A stretch of DNA of 64,000 nt from Thermoleophilia bacterium (GTDB taxonomy: Bacteria > Actinomycetota > Thermoleophilia > RBG-16-64-13). How positions within the stretch are numbered: the stretch's first letter is position 1; each line of letters starts with the position of its first letter. Location of the stretch: contig JAXGIS010000002.1 in NCBI GenBank assembly GCA_040770645.1, forward strand, positions 84,962 to 148,961. Direction: 5' to 3'. Below, piece by piece: positions 1 to 14,514 of this stretch. The notes under the pieces are model-generated. The model saw only the letters and a list, made by a program, of their open reading frames with translations, was not told where the DNA came from and made no database searches. Both the position numbers and the translations under genes were made by a program.

Positions 1-3256
<3,256 letters not shown>

Positions 3257-3261
3257 GAAGC

Positions 3262-3298
3262 TTCCTTTCGGTCTCACGGGATCCGATTAAAGGCCATT
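3262..3298 (-). promoter_or_regulatory. PyrR-binding RNA site in the carB leader, overlapping the Shine-Dalgarno sequence
   Basis: The minus-strand RNA reads AAUGGCCUUUAAUCGGAUCCCGUGAGACCGAAAGGAAGCUUC-AUG. This has the CCUUUAA...UCC..GAGA...GAAAGG architecture of PyrR binding loops. It is a 37-nt exact copy of 48632..48668. pyrR is present in the window. Confidence 0.7.
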
Positions 3299-3891
3299 CC
3301 ATACTACCGCTATGTGCCGAATGGGGAAACGTGAACCTCCACCCACCGCACACCCCGAGACACGCGGCCACTCCCGGACCCCGGTGCGGCTCCACAGGCG
3401 AACACGACGCGATCGGGTGGGATGCGGGCACGCGCGATGGAGCAGCCTCGGTCTCACATCAGGGATCGTGGCAAAAGACCAGCCAAAGCTCAAACCCAGC
3501 GCCAAGACCAACGAGGTCACCGCCACCACAGCCGCGCAGGAGATCAAGAGTCGCGTGCGGGACACCCCAGCGCCACACCCACCGCCGCGGCCACGGGCAC
3601 ACCCACCAGTAGGCTGCCTACAACGCCTACCCCCGCGCCCCGTAGCGCTCCCACAGCTTCCGGAGTCGAGTGTCGGCTGAGCTCCCCGGGCCTGCTCTCA
3701 GCACACGCAGCACCCATAAACGAACCCTGTCCCCCACCAGCACCACCACAACCAGGCCGCCCAAAGCGCCTCCGCCCGCCGCCACTGCGGCCATCGGCCG
3801 GCAAACCCAACGCCACCCCCAGCACGATGGCGGCCGGTAGTTGCACCGCGCCCAACCCCACCACGCCCAGTAGTTCCCCCGCCTCTCTCAT
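3287..3891 (-). CDS. hypothetical small membrane protein, apparently split over 2-3 frames
   Basis: ORFs 3544..3891 and 3287..3565 carry hydrophobic stretches (LLGVVGLGAVQLPAAIVLGVALGL; LLISCAAVVAVTSLVLALGLSFGW). An intermediate frame gives GLVVVVLVG. No family was recognised. Confidence 0.25.
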
Positions 3892-3922
3892 GGCTCCACC
3901 ATAGCAGCCGCTGGTGGCAAAC

Positions 3923-3948
3923 GAGGGGCGCCCCTGTCGGGGCGCCTC
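3923..3948 (-). terminator. GC-rich hairpin downstream of gdh
   Basis: GAGGGGCGCCCC-TGTC-GGGGCGCCTC forms an 8-10 bp stem about 55 nt after the gdh stop. There is no clear U-tract. Confidence 0.4.
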
Positions 3949-4004
3949 CCAGGAAGAGAAAGCCGTCTCAATGGCGGCCGGAGAGTCCCGTGGTCATCGC
4001 GTCA

Positions 4005-5306
<1,302 letters not shown>

Positions 5307-5488
5307 GGTTCCCCCTTTTTCTCTGGCCGCGGTGGGCGAACCGCCCGCCCTCCGGCCCCTGGCTACCAGCCTATCACCCATTAGAGTACCAGTCGGTCGT
5401 CCGCCATCAGATGCATCACCCCACGATTTCATCAGTTACAGCAGATGTTATCCTCGAATCACGACCCTGTGACAAGCATATCACTTGT

Positions 5489-6250
5489 TTATCGCATAGC
5501 GGTCTGATGTGTAGGCCACGCGCGCGCAACCCGCGAACCACGGTGGGGAGCGCGCCCAAGACCTGGCGCCATGAGCCGGTACTCCCATACACATCGCTGT
5601 CGTGGAGCAGAATCACCCCCGCCCCGTGTCTGGCGGAGCACCCGCCCGGCTATCCCCTGCGCCGTGGCTCGCGGTCGCCAGTCGCGTCCATCCGCCGTCC
5701 ACAACCACGTTTCCCCTCCCAACCTCCTTACAGCCCTCAAGCCGACGCCGGTGACTATGCCGTAGGGCGGACGATAGTGCCGCGGGTAGAGGCCGGTAAC
5801 CTCACCCACGACGGCCAACCCCCGGTAGATATCTTCGTACACATGGTGGGGCCACAACAACGCCTGGGGGCGGTGACGGTACCCGTGCACACCAATCCCG
5901 TGGCCGGCAGCCACGATTTCACGCACCAATGCGGGCATCTGCTCTACCCTCTCGCCCACCAGGAAGAACGTAGCCCGCACGTTAAGGTCATCCAAGACCT
6001 GGAGTACGGCAGGAGTCGCCACCGGATGTGGTCCATCGTCGAAGGTGAGGGCCACTTGGTGCTGCTCTTCCAGGTGATCGCACACTCCGAACCAGGACCG
6101 CAGTGGCGTGGGGAGCGACGCCAGCACCGGGGACCCGTATGCGATGGCCGCCGCCGCCAAGCCCAGGCAGACTGAGTACGGTACCCTGCACGGCGACTGC
6201 CGGGAGACGGGGTTATGGAGCAATCCGGCGCGAACGGCACCCTGTGGCAT
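5489..6250 (-). CDS. polysaccharide deacetylase (NodB homology domain)
   Basis: LTFDDGPHP...RATFFLVGE...GHGIGVHGYRHR matches the NodB motifs. Confidence 0.85.
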   Translation of the reverse strand: MPQGAVRAGLLHNPVSRQSPCRVPYSVCLGLAAAAIAYGSPVLASLPTPLRSWFGVCDHLEEQHQVALTFDDGPHPVATPAVLQVLDDLNVRATFFLVGERVEQMPALVREIVAAGHGIGVHGYRHRPQALLWPHHVYEDIYRGLAVVGEVTGLYPRHYRPPYGIVTGVGLRAVRRLGGETWLWTADGRDWRPRATAQGIAGRVLRQTRGGGDSAPRQRCVWEYRLMAPGLGRAPHRGSRVARAWPTHQTAMR

Positions 6251-6266
6251 CTCGCGGATCTCCCCA

Positions 6267-6947
6267 TCAGGTCATCGGAGGAAGAGAATGGGCTCCCTCC
6301 AACGTGTCCAGGTCGTCTTTGCGCCCAATCATGACCAAAGTATCCCCGGACTCGCAGACGTAATCCGGAGAGGGTAGAAAAACGAAGCTGGGTTCCACCG
6401 TGCGCCTGACGGCAATGACCAATGCGTTGAAGTGGGTACGCAGGCGCAGTTCCCCGATGCTGTAGCCGACGAACGCCGCAGGAAGTTGCACATCCTGGAC
6501 CAGATACTCTCCCTCCAGGGGCAGATAGTCCACCAGGTTGGGGCGGACAATCTGCGCGGCCACCCGGCGCGCAGTCTCTCGCTCGGGGAATATGATGTGC
6601 GTGGCCCCCACCATGCGCAGTATGGAGGCGTGATCCTCCGTGAGGGCCTTGGCCCGGATGCTGGGGACTCCCACTTGGCTCAGATGCAACGCGCACAGGA
6701 TGCTCGACTCGAGGTTCTCCCCCATACTGACCACGGCTTCATCAAAATCCGGCGACACGGCAGCCCGTAATGCCTCCAGATCCCGCGCATCGAGCACCAA
6801 CGCCCGCTGTACGAAGTCGGCAATATCGTCTACGCGCCGTTGGTCGAGATCGAGCGCCAGCACCTCGCAATCCACGGCCAGGCTCTTGGCCAACTCGCAG
6901 CCGAACTGCCCCAGCCCAATGACGCACACAAGCTTCTTCCCACTCAT
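6267..6947 (-). CDS. trkA: K+ uptake regulatory subunit TrkA/KtrA (TrkA-N plus TrkA-C)
   Basis: MSGKKLVCVIGLGQFGCELAKSL is a Rossmann motif. Start ATG 6947 overlaps the trkH stop (ATGA). Confidence 0.85.
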   Translation of the reverse strand: MSGKKLVCVIGLGQFGCELAKSLAVDCEVLALDLDQRRVDDIADFVQRALVLDARDLEALRAAVSPDFDEAVVSMGENLESSILCALHLSQVGVPSIRAKALTEDHASILRMVGATHIIFPERETARRVAAQIVRPNLVDYLPLEGEYLVQDVQLPAAFVGYSIGELRLRTHFNALVIAVRRTVEPSFVFLPSPDYVCESGDTLVMIGRKDDLDTLEGAHSLPPMT

Positions 6948-8404
6948 CCGATCATCAACCTCCCCTCGGGATGTCGGACCCGAGGCGCCTTGCCGAATGC
7001 CACCCAGGTAGCCAACGTGAGCGGGCCCAACCTCCCCACGAACATAGTGGCTATGATCCACAGCCTCCCCGCCGTCGACAGGATAGGTGTAACATCGGCC
7101 GATAGGCCCACGGTGCCGAAAGCCGACAGTTGCTCAAACACCAAGTGCTCGAGGTTGAGCCCCGAGGCCGGCGCCTCGATGGCCGAGAGCAGCAGTACCC
7201 CCACCAGATTCCATCCGGCGGCCAGCACAAAGACCTGCGTCGCCCGCTCCACCAGCTCCTTCGGCAGAGAGCGGCCCAGCAACTTCGTCTCCGCCTGCCG
7301 GCTGAGCAGGGAGCGCACTTGGGCCAGGTAGATGGCAAACGACGTAGTCTTGACTCCACCCGCACACGACCCCGGCGATCCACCGATGAACATGAGACCG
7401 GCGATGAGGGTGAGAGACGCCACCGGCAGAGATCCAATGGCCACGGTGTTGAATCCTGCGGTCCGCGCAGTCACCGACTGGAACAACCCGGCCCACAAAC
7501 GGGATCCCAAGCTCGCCTGTTGCTCGGTCAGCCCCAAGACCGCCAGACAGACCGTCCCCCCCACGATGAGAGAGCCGGTGACGGCCAAAACCACACGGGC
7601 GTGAAACGACAGTGGCGACACTCTGCCCCCCGGTCTCCGAGGGCGGCGGCGCGTCACAATCCCGGCCAGCATCCACAACTCGCGCAGTACCACGTGCCCC
7701 AAGCCGCCGAAGACGATGAGGAGCATGATCACCGACAGCGCCACCGGGTTGTGTTCCAGATACACGAGATTCTCACTGTATATGGAGAAACCGGCGTTGC
7801 AGAAAGCCGAGATGCTGTGAAAGACGGCCGAGTACAGCGCCCGCCCTGCACTGTGGGTCCCAAGCAGACTCAGGAACAGCACCAACGCTCCCAATGCCTC
7901 TATGGCTCCCACCGTGCGCAGGATGCCTGTGAACAACTCCCGAAACTCGGACGCCGTATCGCGCTGAGAGAAGGAATCCTGCAGAGCGGCGCGTGTGGAG
8001 AGAGACATACGCCGGCCCAGCACCCGAAAGATGACGGCGGCGAAGGTCATGACTCCCAGGCCGCCCAGCTGAATGAGGAGCATGATCACAATCTGCCCAA
8101 ACATCGTGTAGTCCCGGGCGGTATCCACCACCACCAACCCGGTGACACAGACGGCCGAGGTGGCCGTGAACAAAGCGTCGAGCGGATCCACGCGACCCGG
8201 AAGGTGGCTTGGAGGGAGCATGAGGAGAAGAGACCCCACGGCGATGGCCAGCGCGAACCCCCACACAGCCAACGCCTGCGGCGAGCGACGAGAGATAAGA
8301 CTCCTCAACCGCCCTTGTCTCAGCGATTCTCTGCCCGGCACGCCGCGTGCTGGCGCTGCACCGATGCCCTCACCTCCACCCACCCGGCTCCTGCCGTCGC
8401 CCAC
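6944..8404 (-). CDS. trkH: TrkH/KtrB-family potassium transporter
   Basis: A 486-aa polytopic protein with pore-loop-like motifs LIQLGGLGVMTF, FGGLGH, FIGGSPGS. Confidence 0.9.
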   Translation of the reverse strand: MGDGRSRVGGGEGIGAAPARGVPGRESLRQGRLRSLISRRSPQALAVWGFALAIAVGSLLLMLPPSHLPGRVDPLDALFTATSAVCVTGLVVVDTARDYTMFGQIVIMLLIQLGGLGVMTFAAVIFRVLGRRMSLSTRAALQDSFSQRDTASEFRELFTGILRTVGAIEALGALVLFLSLLGTHSAGRALYSAVFHSISAFCNAGFSIYSENLVYLEHNPVALSVIMLLIVFGGLGHVVLRELWMLAGIVTRRRPRRPGGRVSPLSFHARVVLAVTGSLIVGGTVCLAVLGLTEQQASLGSRLWAGLFQSVTARTAGFNTVAIGSLPVASLTLIAGLMFIGGSPGSCAGGVKTTSFAIYLAQVRSLLSRQAETKLLGRSLPKELVERATQVFVLAAGWNLVGVLLLSAIEAPASGLNLEHLVFEQLSAFGTVGLSADVTPILSTAGRLWIIATMFVGRLGPLTLATWVAFGKAPRVRHPEGRLMIG

Positions 8405-8477
8405 CGGCGACGGCGTCGCGCTAACTTATCCCCACGCGACTCCCTCGTCAACCTTCCCCACCCGTAGCCGACGTCCT

Positions 8478-8483
8478 TATAAT
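8478..8483 (+). promoter_or_regulatory. candidate -10 box (TATAAT) giving a near-leaderless aminotransferase mRNA
   Basis: A perfect TATAAT ends 9 nt before ATG 8493. No SD fits between them, and the -35 is weak. Confidence 0.3.
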
Positions 8484-8492
8484 GTAATCCTT

Positions 8493-9719
8493 ATGCAACT
8501 GCATCCATTTGCTCTGGAACGTTATTTCGCGCGATACGAGTTCGCGGTCCGCCACCTGCTGTCGGCGTCCGATTGTGACGGACCCTCGCTCACGGAGTTG
8601 CTGGCGCTGGCGGACGATGAGGTGACTTCAGCGTGGCAGGCCCTGCGCTTGGGCTACACCGAATCGCAGGGCCTGCCGGCGCTGCGCGCCGAAGTGGCCG
8701 CCTGGTGCCTGCAGACGCTGGACAATCGCGCTCCCCGTAAAGCCGTCATCCACGACTCCGCGGGGCAGGGAGCCACAGTAGCGCCGCGATCACCCGCCCT
8801 ACGGGCCGACGATGTACTCCTGTGCGCGCCGGAAGAAGGCATCCTGCTGATGATGCTGGCTTTGGTGGGCGCCCACGATCACGTGGTGAGCATCTTCCCC
8901 GGCTACCAGTCGCTGTATGACATCGCGCGCGGAAAGGGAGCCCGTGTCGACTTCTGGAGGCCGCGAGAGGAGGAAGGTTGGCGCTTCGCAGTTGAGGACC
9001 TCCAGAAACTGGTGCGTCCGGGTGTCACCAAGCTGGTGGTCTGCAACTTCCCGCACAACCCCACCGGCTATGTGCCACCGGCGGCCGATTTCGATCGCAT
9101 CGTGCGCCTGGTTGAGGACGCCGGCGCTATTCTGTTCTCCGACGAGATGTACCTGGGCCTTGAGATGAGGGGAACCGAGGCTCTGCCCTGCGCCGCCACG
9201 CTCTCGGAAACAGCGGTGGCCCTAGGCGGCGTATCGAAGTCGTTGGGGCTCCCCGGACTACGCCTGGGATGGCTGGTGAGCCGAAATACCGCCGTCCTCT
9301 CCGCCTGCGCCACACTCAAAGACTACACCACCATCTGCTCGGCGGCTCCCAGCGAGCTCCTGGCTCTGGCCGCTCTGCGCGCGCGCCGAACCATCTTGGC
9401 GGAGAACCTGGCACGAGTCACGGACAACCTGCGCCTGCTTCAGGACTTCTGCGACCGCCACCCGGGGCTGCTGCAGGTGGCGCCGCCCCGCGGGGGTACG
9501 GTGTGTTTTCCTCGGCTACTCTCCCCTGCCGGCGCCTCAGACCTGTGCCGGGCGCTGGCCGAAGAGGCTGGAGTGCTGCTCCTCCCCTCCACCGTCTACG
9601 ACTACGGCGACACGCACGTGCGTGTGGGCCTTGGGCGCAGAGCCTTCCCGGAGGCGTTGCAGGCTTTTGAGGCATTCATCCGCCGATATCCCGGCGCATA
9701 CGGCGGGACGTCCGGGTGA
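8493..9719 (+). CDS. class I/II PLP-dependent aminotransferase
   Basis: MQLHPFALERYFARYEF..., then NFPHNPTG and the SKSLGLPGLRLGW Lys motif. It carries an insertion of about 30 aa (CLQTLDNRAPRK...SPALR) relative to the usual fold. Confidence 0.85.
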   Translation: MQLHPFALERYFARYEFAVRHLLSASDCDGPSLTELLALADDEVTSAWQALRLGYTESQGLPALRAEVAAWCLQTLDNRAPRKAVIHDSAGQGATVAPRSPALRADDVLLCAPEEGILLMMLALVGAHDHVVSIFPGYQSLYDIARGKGARVDFWRPREEEGWRFAVEDLQKLVRPGVTKLVVCNFPHNPTGYVPPAADFDRIVRLVEDAGAILFSDEMYLGLEMRGTEALPCAATLSETAVALGGVSKSLGLPGLRLGWLVSRNTAVLSACATLKDYTTICSAAPSELLALAALRARRTILAENLARVTDNLRLLQDFCDRHPGLLQVAPPRGGTVCFPRLLSPAGASDLCRALAEEAGVLLLPSTVYDYGDTHVRVGLGRRAFPEALQAFEAFIRRYPGAYGGTSG

Positions 9720-10402
9720 ATGCCGTGCACAAGGCACAACGCAACCGCGGACTTCCCGGCCGCGGGGTGCCGTCCATCCGTGCGCCACACCGCTGGCGCC
9801 GGCCGATTGCGGCCTTGGACGGCTTCCTGCGCCGGCGCATGGGGGTATTCGACATCTCCACCGACCCTGCGGCCATTCTGCGGCTGCAACTTGCGCACGC
9901 CCGCACCCGCCTCGTCGGCGCCGACGGCACCGTGGTGGAGCGGGGGGAGCCTCTGGGGCGGCTGCACTTCGTGAACGAGAACCTGCCGTCGTTGCCGGCG
10001 GAGGGCCCCACCATGTCCTGGGCGTTGCGGTTCGGAAGGGCTCTGCAGGCCTCGCTGCGCACGCTCGCCTCCTACCTGCACGCCCACCCGGAGCTAGACA
10101 ACATCAAGTTGTTCCAGGGCGAGTTCGGCTTCGTCACCGCCGAAAACGCCGAGCGTACCGTCGTTCTGGCCGAACGCTTCGGTTTCGAATTCACTTACGG
10201 CCGGGCGCCCGGCCTCCGCTTCTGGCAGGCGGGCTTCTGGGAGAACTTGGGAACTTGGCTCATGCTCAAGGCGTTCAACACCGCCAGCCTGGAGACCAAA
10301 TCCTTCACCCGGTTGGTACGCGCCCAGGTGTTGATGACCCGCGCCACGCTGATGAAGCGGTACGGCCCGGAGGCCGACGCCGCAGCTCAGCCGCGGCCGT
10401 AA
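9716..10402 (+). CDS. conserved hypothetical protein (possibly YkoP-like)
   Basis: The GTG start overlaps the aminotransferase stop (GTGA). The 228-aa sequence looks coding. The family name is uncertain. Confidence 0.55.
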   Translation: MNAVHKAQRNRGLPGRGVPSIRAPHRWRRPIAALDGFLRRRMGVFDISTDPAAILRLQLAHARTRLVGADGTVVERGEPLGRLHFVNENLPSLPAEGPTMSWALRFGRALQASLRTLASYLHAHPELDNIKLFQGEFGFVTAENAERTVVLAERFGFEFTYGRAPGLRFWQAGFWENLGTWLMLKAFNTASLETKSFTRLVRAQVLMTRATLMKRYGPEADAAAQPRP

Positions 10403-10965
10403 GCCTCCCGGCCGATGACGAAGCCCTTGCCCAACTGCTCCCCAAAGGCGTAATAAGCGCTGGCCGCCGGCGCGTAGATGCAGGCACGCACCTTCCCGGG
10501 GTCGAGATTGCCGCGCTCATCGCGACAATCGTCGTCGACTTTGACATCGAGCACCTCTCCCACGAAGAGCGTGTGGAGGCCTATCTCCAACGTATCGCGC
10601 AAGGCGCATTCCACCACCAGCGGAAACTCACCCACGTACGGAGCATCCACCACCTCGCTGCGCACGGGGGTCAGTCCCGTCACGGCGAACTTGTCGGTGT
10701 CCCGCCCCGAGGCGATGCCGAAGAAGTCCGCCTCGCGCACGAACAACTGCGAAGGGATGCTTATGGTGAAAGCACGTCGCGCGAGAAGGTTGCCGTAGGT
10801 ATAAGTAGCCTTCCGCAACGATACCGACACACACGGCGGAACCGAACAACAGATGCCACCCCACGCCGCCGTCATAACGTTGGGTCTGCCGAGTTCGTCA
10901 TACGTGCCCACCACCAGGGTGGGCGTGGGAAGCAGAATGGTGGTGGCTCCCAAAGATACCTTCAT
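10387..10965 (-). CDS. flavin reductase-like FMN-binding protein
   Basis: [34 protein letters not shown] is typical of the flavin reductase domain. Confidence 0.85.
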   Translation of the reverse strand: MKVSLGATTILLPTPTLVVGTYDELGRPNVMTAAWGGICCSVPPCVSVSLRKATYTYGNLLARRAFTISIPSQLFVREADFFGIASGRDTDKFAVTGLTPVRSEVVDAPYVGEFPLVVECALRDTLEIGLHTLFVGEVLDVKVDDDCRDERGNLDPGKVRACIYAPAASAYYAFGEQLGKGFVIGREAYGRG

Positions 10966-11074
10966 GCTGACTCCTCCCCGGCGGTCCCGGCCGGTGGTCC
11001 TCATCCACTACCCACCGGTCATTCGAACCGCGTCTCCCCCAGTTGTCTCCTCGCCCTCTGCCGTATTTCCCGGA

Positions 11075-11767
11075 TTACCCACCCGGCTGGAGGCCCAATC
11101 GTTGTTCCACCAGTTCCAGTTGGTAGGAGTAGATGTGCGCGCCCGACGAGAAGGCGTTGAGCGTGCCGGTCTCGTATCCCGTCTCCAACGCAATGAACTC
11201 ATTGAGCAGCTGCATGCCGCCCAGGTTCTCAGGCAGCCCCGCAAATACATCCCAGCTTCGCCAGTACGTGTATAGGTGCAGGCGATCGTTGTGGCACACC
11301 CAGTGCAGGCATCGCAGGCAGGGGGGAAACTCATAAATCTTGGGAGTGCCTCCCACCGGGTCCCCTTCCACGAAGGGCTGCCCCACATTGATCACCGCGT
11401 GATTGGTATACGGGGTCTCACTGAGGAGCTCCACCACACGCGGCAGGTGCGGCACAATGAACTGCGCGTAGTTGTAGTCCTCGTTGGGCGCGGGCACGGG
11501 GTTCATCAACTGCTCGGCGAAGTACTTCTCTATATTCTCGTTGGTGGTGGGGGGGTTCATGCCCTCCGGCACCATTGGGGCAAGAGGCCGCGTCTCCGGG
11601 TACTCCACGCACAGGGTGAGCGACGCCAGTTGTCGGCGCGCCCCACCGCCCTCGAAGCTACCCCGCTGTATTTCATACCAGTAGGCAAGGTCATCGTCGA
11701 GAGTGGCCTGGATAACGCGGAACCACGCCTCGTCGAGGTTCTTGGCTTCTATCAGCGTGGGTCGCAT
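11075..11767 (-). CDS. thymidylate synthase-like protein (methanogen/archaeal ThyA-like type)
   Basis: FPPCLRCLHWV (catalytic Cys context) and YWRSWDVFAGLPENL (equivalent to the RSxD..G.P.N motif) mark the ThyA fold. Start at ATG 11767. Confidence 0.7.
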   Translation of the reverse strand: MRPTLIEAKNLDEAWFRVIQATLDDDLAYWYEIQRGSFEGGGARRQLASLTLCVEYPETRPLAPMVPEGMNPPTTNENIEKYFAEQLMNPVPAPNEDYNYAQFIVPHLPRVVELLSETPYTNHAVINVGQPFVEGDPVGGTPKIYEFPPCLRCLHWVCHNDRLHLYTYWRSWDVFAGLPENLGGMQLLNEFIALETGYETGTLNAFSSGAHIYSYQLELVEQRLGLQPGG

Positions 11768-11771
11768 GGGC

Positions 11772-12587
11772 TCACTTCCCCTGATCGTCGGTCGCTTCCG
11801 GGCACACGGAGATATCCGGCGGCTCGTAGGATACCAACGCGGCCGATGCAGCAGGGCAAGTTCCTTCCATGGCCTCAGCCACGGGCCCGCGCAGCAGGGC
11901 CTCGTAGTGGGAGCCCCGCCAGTAGACACGCCCACATCCTGCACAACTCCAGAACGCGGAGAACGAGGCCGCCACGCGGGGTGGCACCCGTCCTCCCACC
12001 GACGCCACCGGCAACGATTTCAGCGGTGGGTTGCAGCGTAGACACCGTGTGAACGGCCGCGCGTCGCGTTCCAGATGGAAGCGCCCCATCACCTCGCGCC
12101 GCTGGTGGCTTGGGTCGGTGGACCGCACGCAGTAACCCCGTTCCACCAGACTGCGCTTCAGCAACCCCCGATCTCGGGTGAGCAGGACGCGCCCTTCCGC
12201 GGCGCAGCGCAATGCCAGGACCGCATCTTGTGCATCCGGCTCATACCAGGTGTCAAAGCCGAGAAGCCGCAGGTACCGGGCCAAGCGGCCCAGGTGCCCG
12301 TCCACCACGAACTTGAGCCGCCGCAGGGAGGTGTCGCGCAGTCTGAGCAACGGCCGCACATCGAGCTCTTCGAAAACCGGAAACACCGCAACCCGCTCTC
12401 CTCCATGCAGGCGATGGCCCCAACCCACGGTCTCGCCGTCCACCAGCACCAGTTCAATCTCCGTATGCGGCGGTCCCAACGACTCGATCACGTCTTTGAC
12501 TGAGGGTGTGCCCCAGAAGAAGTGCAGAAACGATCGCCCCCGGCGATGTAACGGCAGGAAATCGTTGAGCTCCGCATAGAATCGCAT
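11772..12587 (-). CDS. Mut7-C RNase domain protein with an N-terminal ubiquitin-like (MoaD/ThiS-like) domain
   Basis: MRFYAELNDFLP...VKDVIESLGPPHTEIELVLVDG forms the beta-grasp part. It is followed by FVVDGHLGRLARYLRLLGFD and a C-terminal CLRCN...CAGCGRVYW zinc motif. Confidence 0.8.
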   Translation of the reverse strand: MRFYAELNDFLPLHRRGRSFLHFFWGTPSVKDVIESLGPPHTEIELVLVDGETVGWGHRLHGGERVAVFPVFEELDVRPLLRLRDTSLRRLKFVVDGHLGRLARYLRLLGFDTWYEPDAQDAVLALRCAAEGRVLLTRDRGLLKRSLVERGYCVRSTDPSHQRREVMGRFHLERDARPFTRCLRCNPPLKSLPVASVGGRVPPRVAASFSAFWSCAGCGRVYWRGSHYEALLRGPVAEAMEGTCPAASAALVSYEPPDISVCPEATDDQGK

Positions 12588-12875
12588 CTCAACTTCCGGC
12601 ACCACAGCCTCCCCGCCACCACACACCCGGCTTCCATGGACATACCCGCCGGCCCTCCACCAGAAGCACGGGGACGGCGACTTCAGCGCATTTCACTCCC
12701 TCACTACCCCGTTCCGCACAACATTTGAACGCCCGTGGGCTGTGGCCACGGGCACCGAGCCACACCGCCCGCGACCGTGGGCAGGGGATCGGCGCCCTGC
12801 CCATCCGGCACATGCGGGTGCTCGATGGTACGCTTGGTGTCATATCGCTGGAGATACAGCAGGGAGCACACCGAC

Positions 12876-13631
12876 ATGCCGTACTTCACCCATGAGGGCC
12901 ATCGCCTGCACTACCGCGAGCAAGGGAGCGGGAGGCCCCTGCTCATCCTGCCCGGTGACACCTCCTCGGCCGCCCACCACTCGGGAGAACTGGCCCACTT
13001 TGGGGATCGCTACCATTCTGTGAGCCTGGATTTTCGCGGCACAGGCCGGTCGGATCGTATCGAGACCTGGCCCGCCGATTGGTGGGAGATCTGCGTGGAG
13101 GACACGCGGCGGCGTTGGTTCGCCACCTGGGCGAAGGGCCCGCCATACTCGTTGGCCAAAGCGCAGGAGCCGCCATCTCGCTGATGCTCGCCATACGCCA
13201 CCCCGATCTTGTGCGGGCGGCTATCTCCCGAGGCCCAAGTGGAGTACCTGCCCGATTGGTGGCTCGAGAGATGGTGGCACGGCGGCGTGGTACCGTCGCC
13301 TTCCGCCAAGCTGTTCTGGCAGGTGGCGCACGGGAAGACTGGCCACAGGTGGTGGCGGAAGACGACGCGGCCAAGGCGGGCGCGCGCCGACGCCGGTGGG
13401 ATCGACTGGTTCCATGGGCGACTGGCCGAAATCAAGTGCCTGGTATTGCTGATGGGCAGCCTGGCGGATGACCTGATGCCCAACCTGCCGGCGCAGATCA
13501 TCGCCGTGGCCCGCCAGATACCAGAATGCAGCGTCTACTTCTGCGCCACCGGAGCCCACGCCCTCATGTGGACACGCCCCGAGCACTTCCGTCGCGCTGC
13601 CGACTGCTTCTTGGCCGCCCTCCCTTCGTGA
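12876..13631 (+). pseudogene. alpha/beta hydrolase, split over three frames
   Basis: Three pieces: MPYFTHEGHRLHYREQGSGRPLLILPGD...; then LVRHLGEGPAILVGQSAGAAISL (nucleophile elbow GQSAG) in a second frame; then EAQVEYLPDWW...CLVLLMGSLADDLMP...GAHALMW in a third. Shifts are near 13090 and 13225. Confidence 0.8.
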
Positions 13632-13679
13632 GGGAGGACGCCGGGCGGCCGGCACGGCGTTGCTGGGCAACCTCGCCTG

Positions 13680-14495
13680 CTACCGGGCGAACCTCACTCC
13701 ACCCAACAGCATGCAGGCGGCTTCCAGCACGCCGCCGGCAATAGCCAGGGCCTTGTCGGAGACGGTGAAGCAGTGCGCCACTTCAGCGCGTGGATCCACG
13801 TCGCCCATCTTGAACCCCGGCGTGACCTCGAGGCCCGACCGCAGCAGCCCCCGCAACACACCGTCCAAGGTGGAAGCGAGCGGGAGGTCGCCCACATATC
13901 CGACCACCTCCCCTCTGGCCACCTGATCGCCGATCTGCGCCGTGGCGCGGAACACACCCGCCACCGGCGCCCGCAACACGCGTTCGGCCCCCTTGCCCCC
14001 AATCTCACCCGGAACCCCGGTATTGGGCAACGCCTCTCCCTCCCAGATCACACGACCCAGTGTATGTCCGCGCATGGTCTCCACCACAGCGTGGCAATCG
14101 CGACCGGCTACAAAACCCGGCCCCAGAGCCACCACGGCAGGAGCTTGATCCTTGGCTGTGCCCAGATTGCGCTTGGCGATGATGGCGTCCACCAATAGAT
14201 CGGGCTGCAGCCACTCACGGCACGAAGTTTCGGGATCTACCAGCACCGGGAGCCTGCGCGAAGCGAGGACGTCTTCCACCTCGGCTTGATCCTCTGCCAG
14301 CACCGCCTCCACCCCTTCCACGGTGGCGCTGCCGTCGTAGACGGCTTCCGCGAAGGCCACGGAGCGCCGTACCGGCGTGGGCCTGTCAATCTCGGTCATC
14401 ACTACCTGGAACCCGACTCGGTGGAGACGCAGAGCCACCCCCGAGGCCAAATCCCCGGCACCTTTGACAAGTGCCAACGGCTTGTTACGGCTCAC
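13680..14495 (-). CDS. yqeB: selenium-dependent molybdenum hydroxylase system protein, YqeB family
   Basis: LVKGAGDLASGVALRLHRVGFQVVMTEIDRPTPVRRSVAFAEAVYDG is the YqeB signature. Start at GTG 14495, after GGAGG. Confidence 0.85.
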   Translation of the reverse strand: MSRNKPLALVKGAGDLASGVALRLHRVGFQVVMTEIDRPTPVRRSVAFAEAVYDGSATVEGVEAVLAEDQAEVEDVLASRRLPVLVDPETSCREWLQPDLLVDAIIAKRNLGTAKDQAPAVVALGPGFVAGRDCHAVVETMRGHTLGRVIWEGEALPNTGVPGEIGGKGAERVLRAPVAGVFRATAQIGDQVARGEVVGYVGDLPLASTLDGVLRGLLRSGLEVTPGFKMGDVDPRAEVAHCFTVSDKALAIAGGVLEAACMLLGGVRFAR

Positions 14496-14514
14496 GTTCT
14501 CAACCTCCCCACGG

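Noticed and set aside
8690-8810. An insertion of about 30 aa in the aminotransferase (CLQTLDNRAPRKAVIHDSAGQGATVAPRSPALR), considered as a possible compensated double frameshift or a small inserted element.
   Set aside because: No alternative frame gives a better family-like sequence, and no flanking repeats were seen. It cannot be resolved without alignment to homologues.
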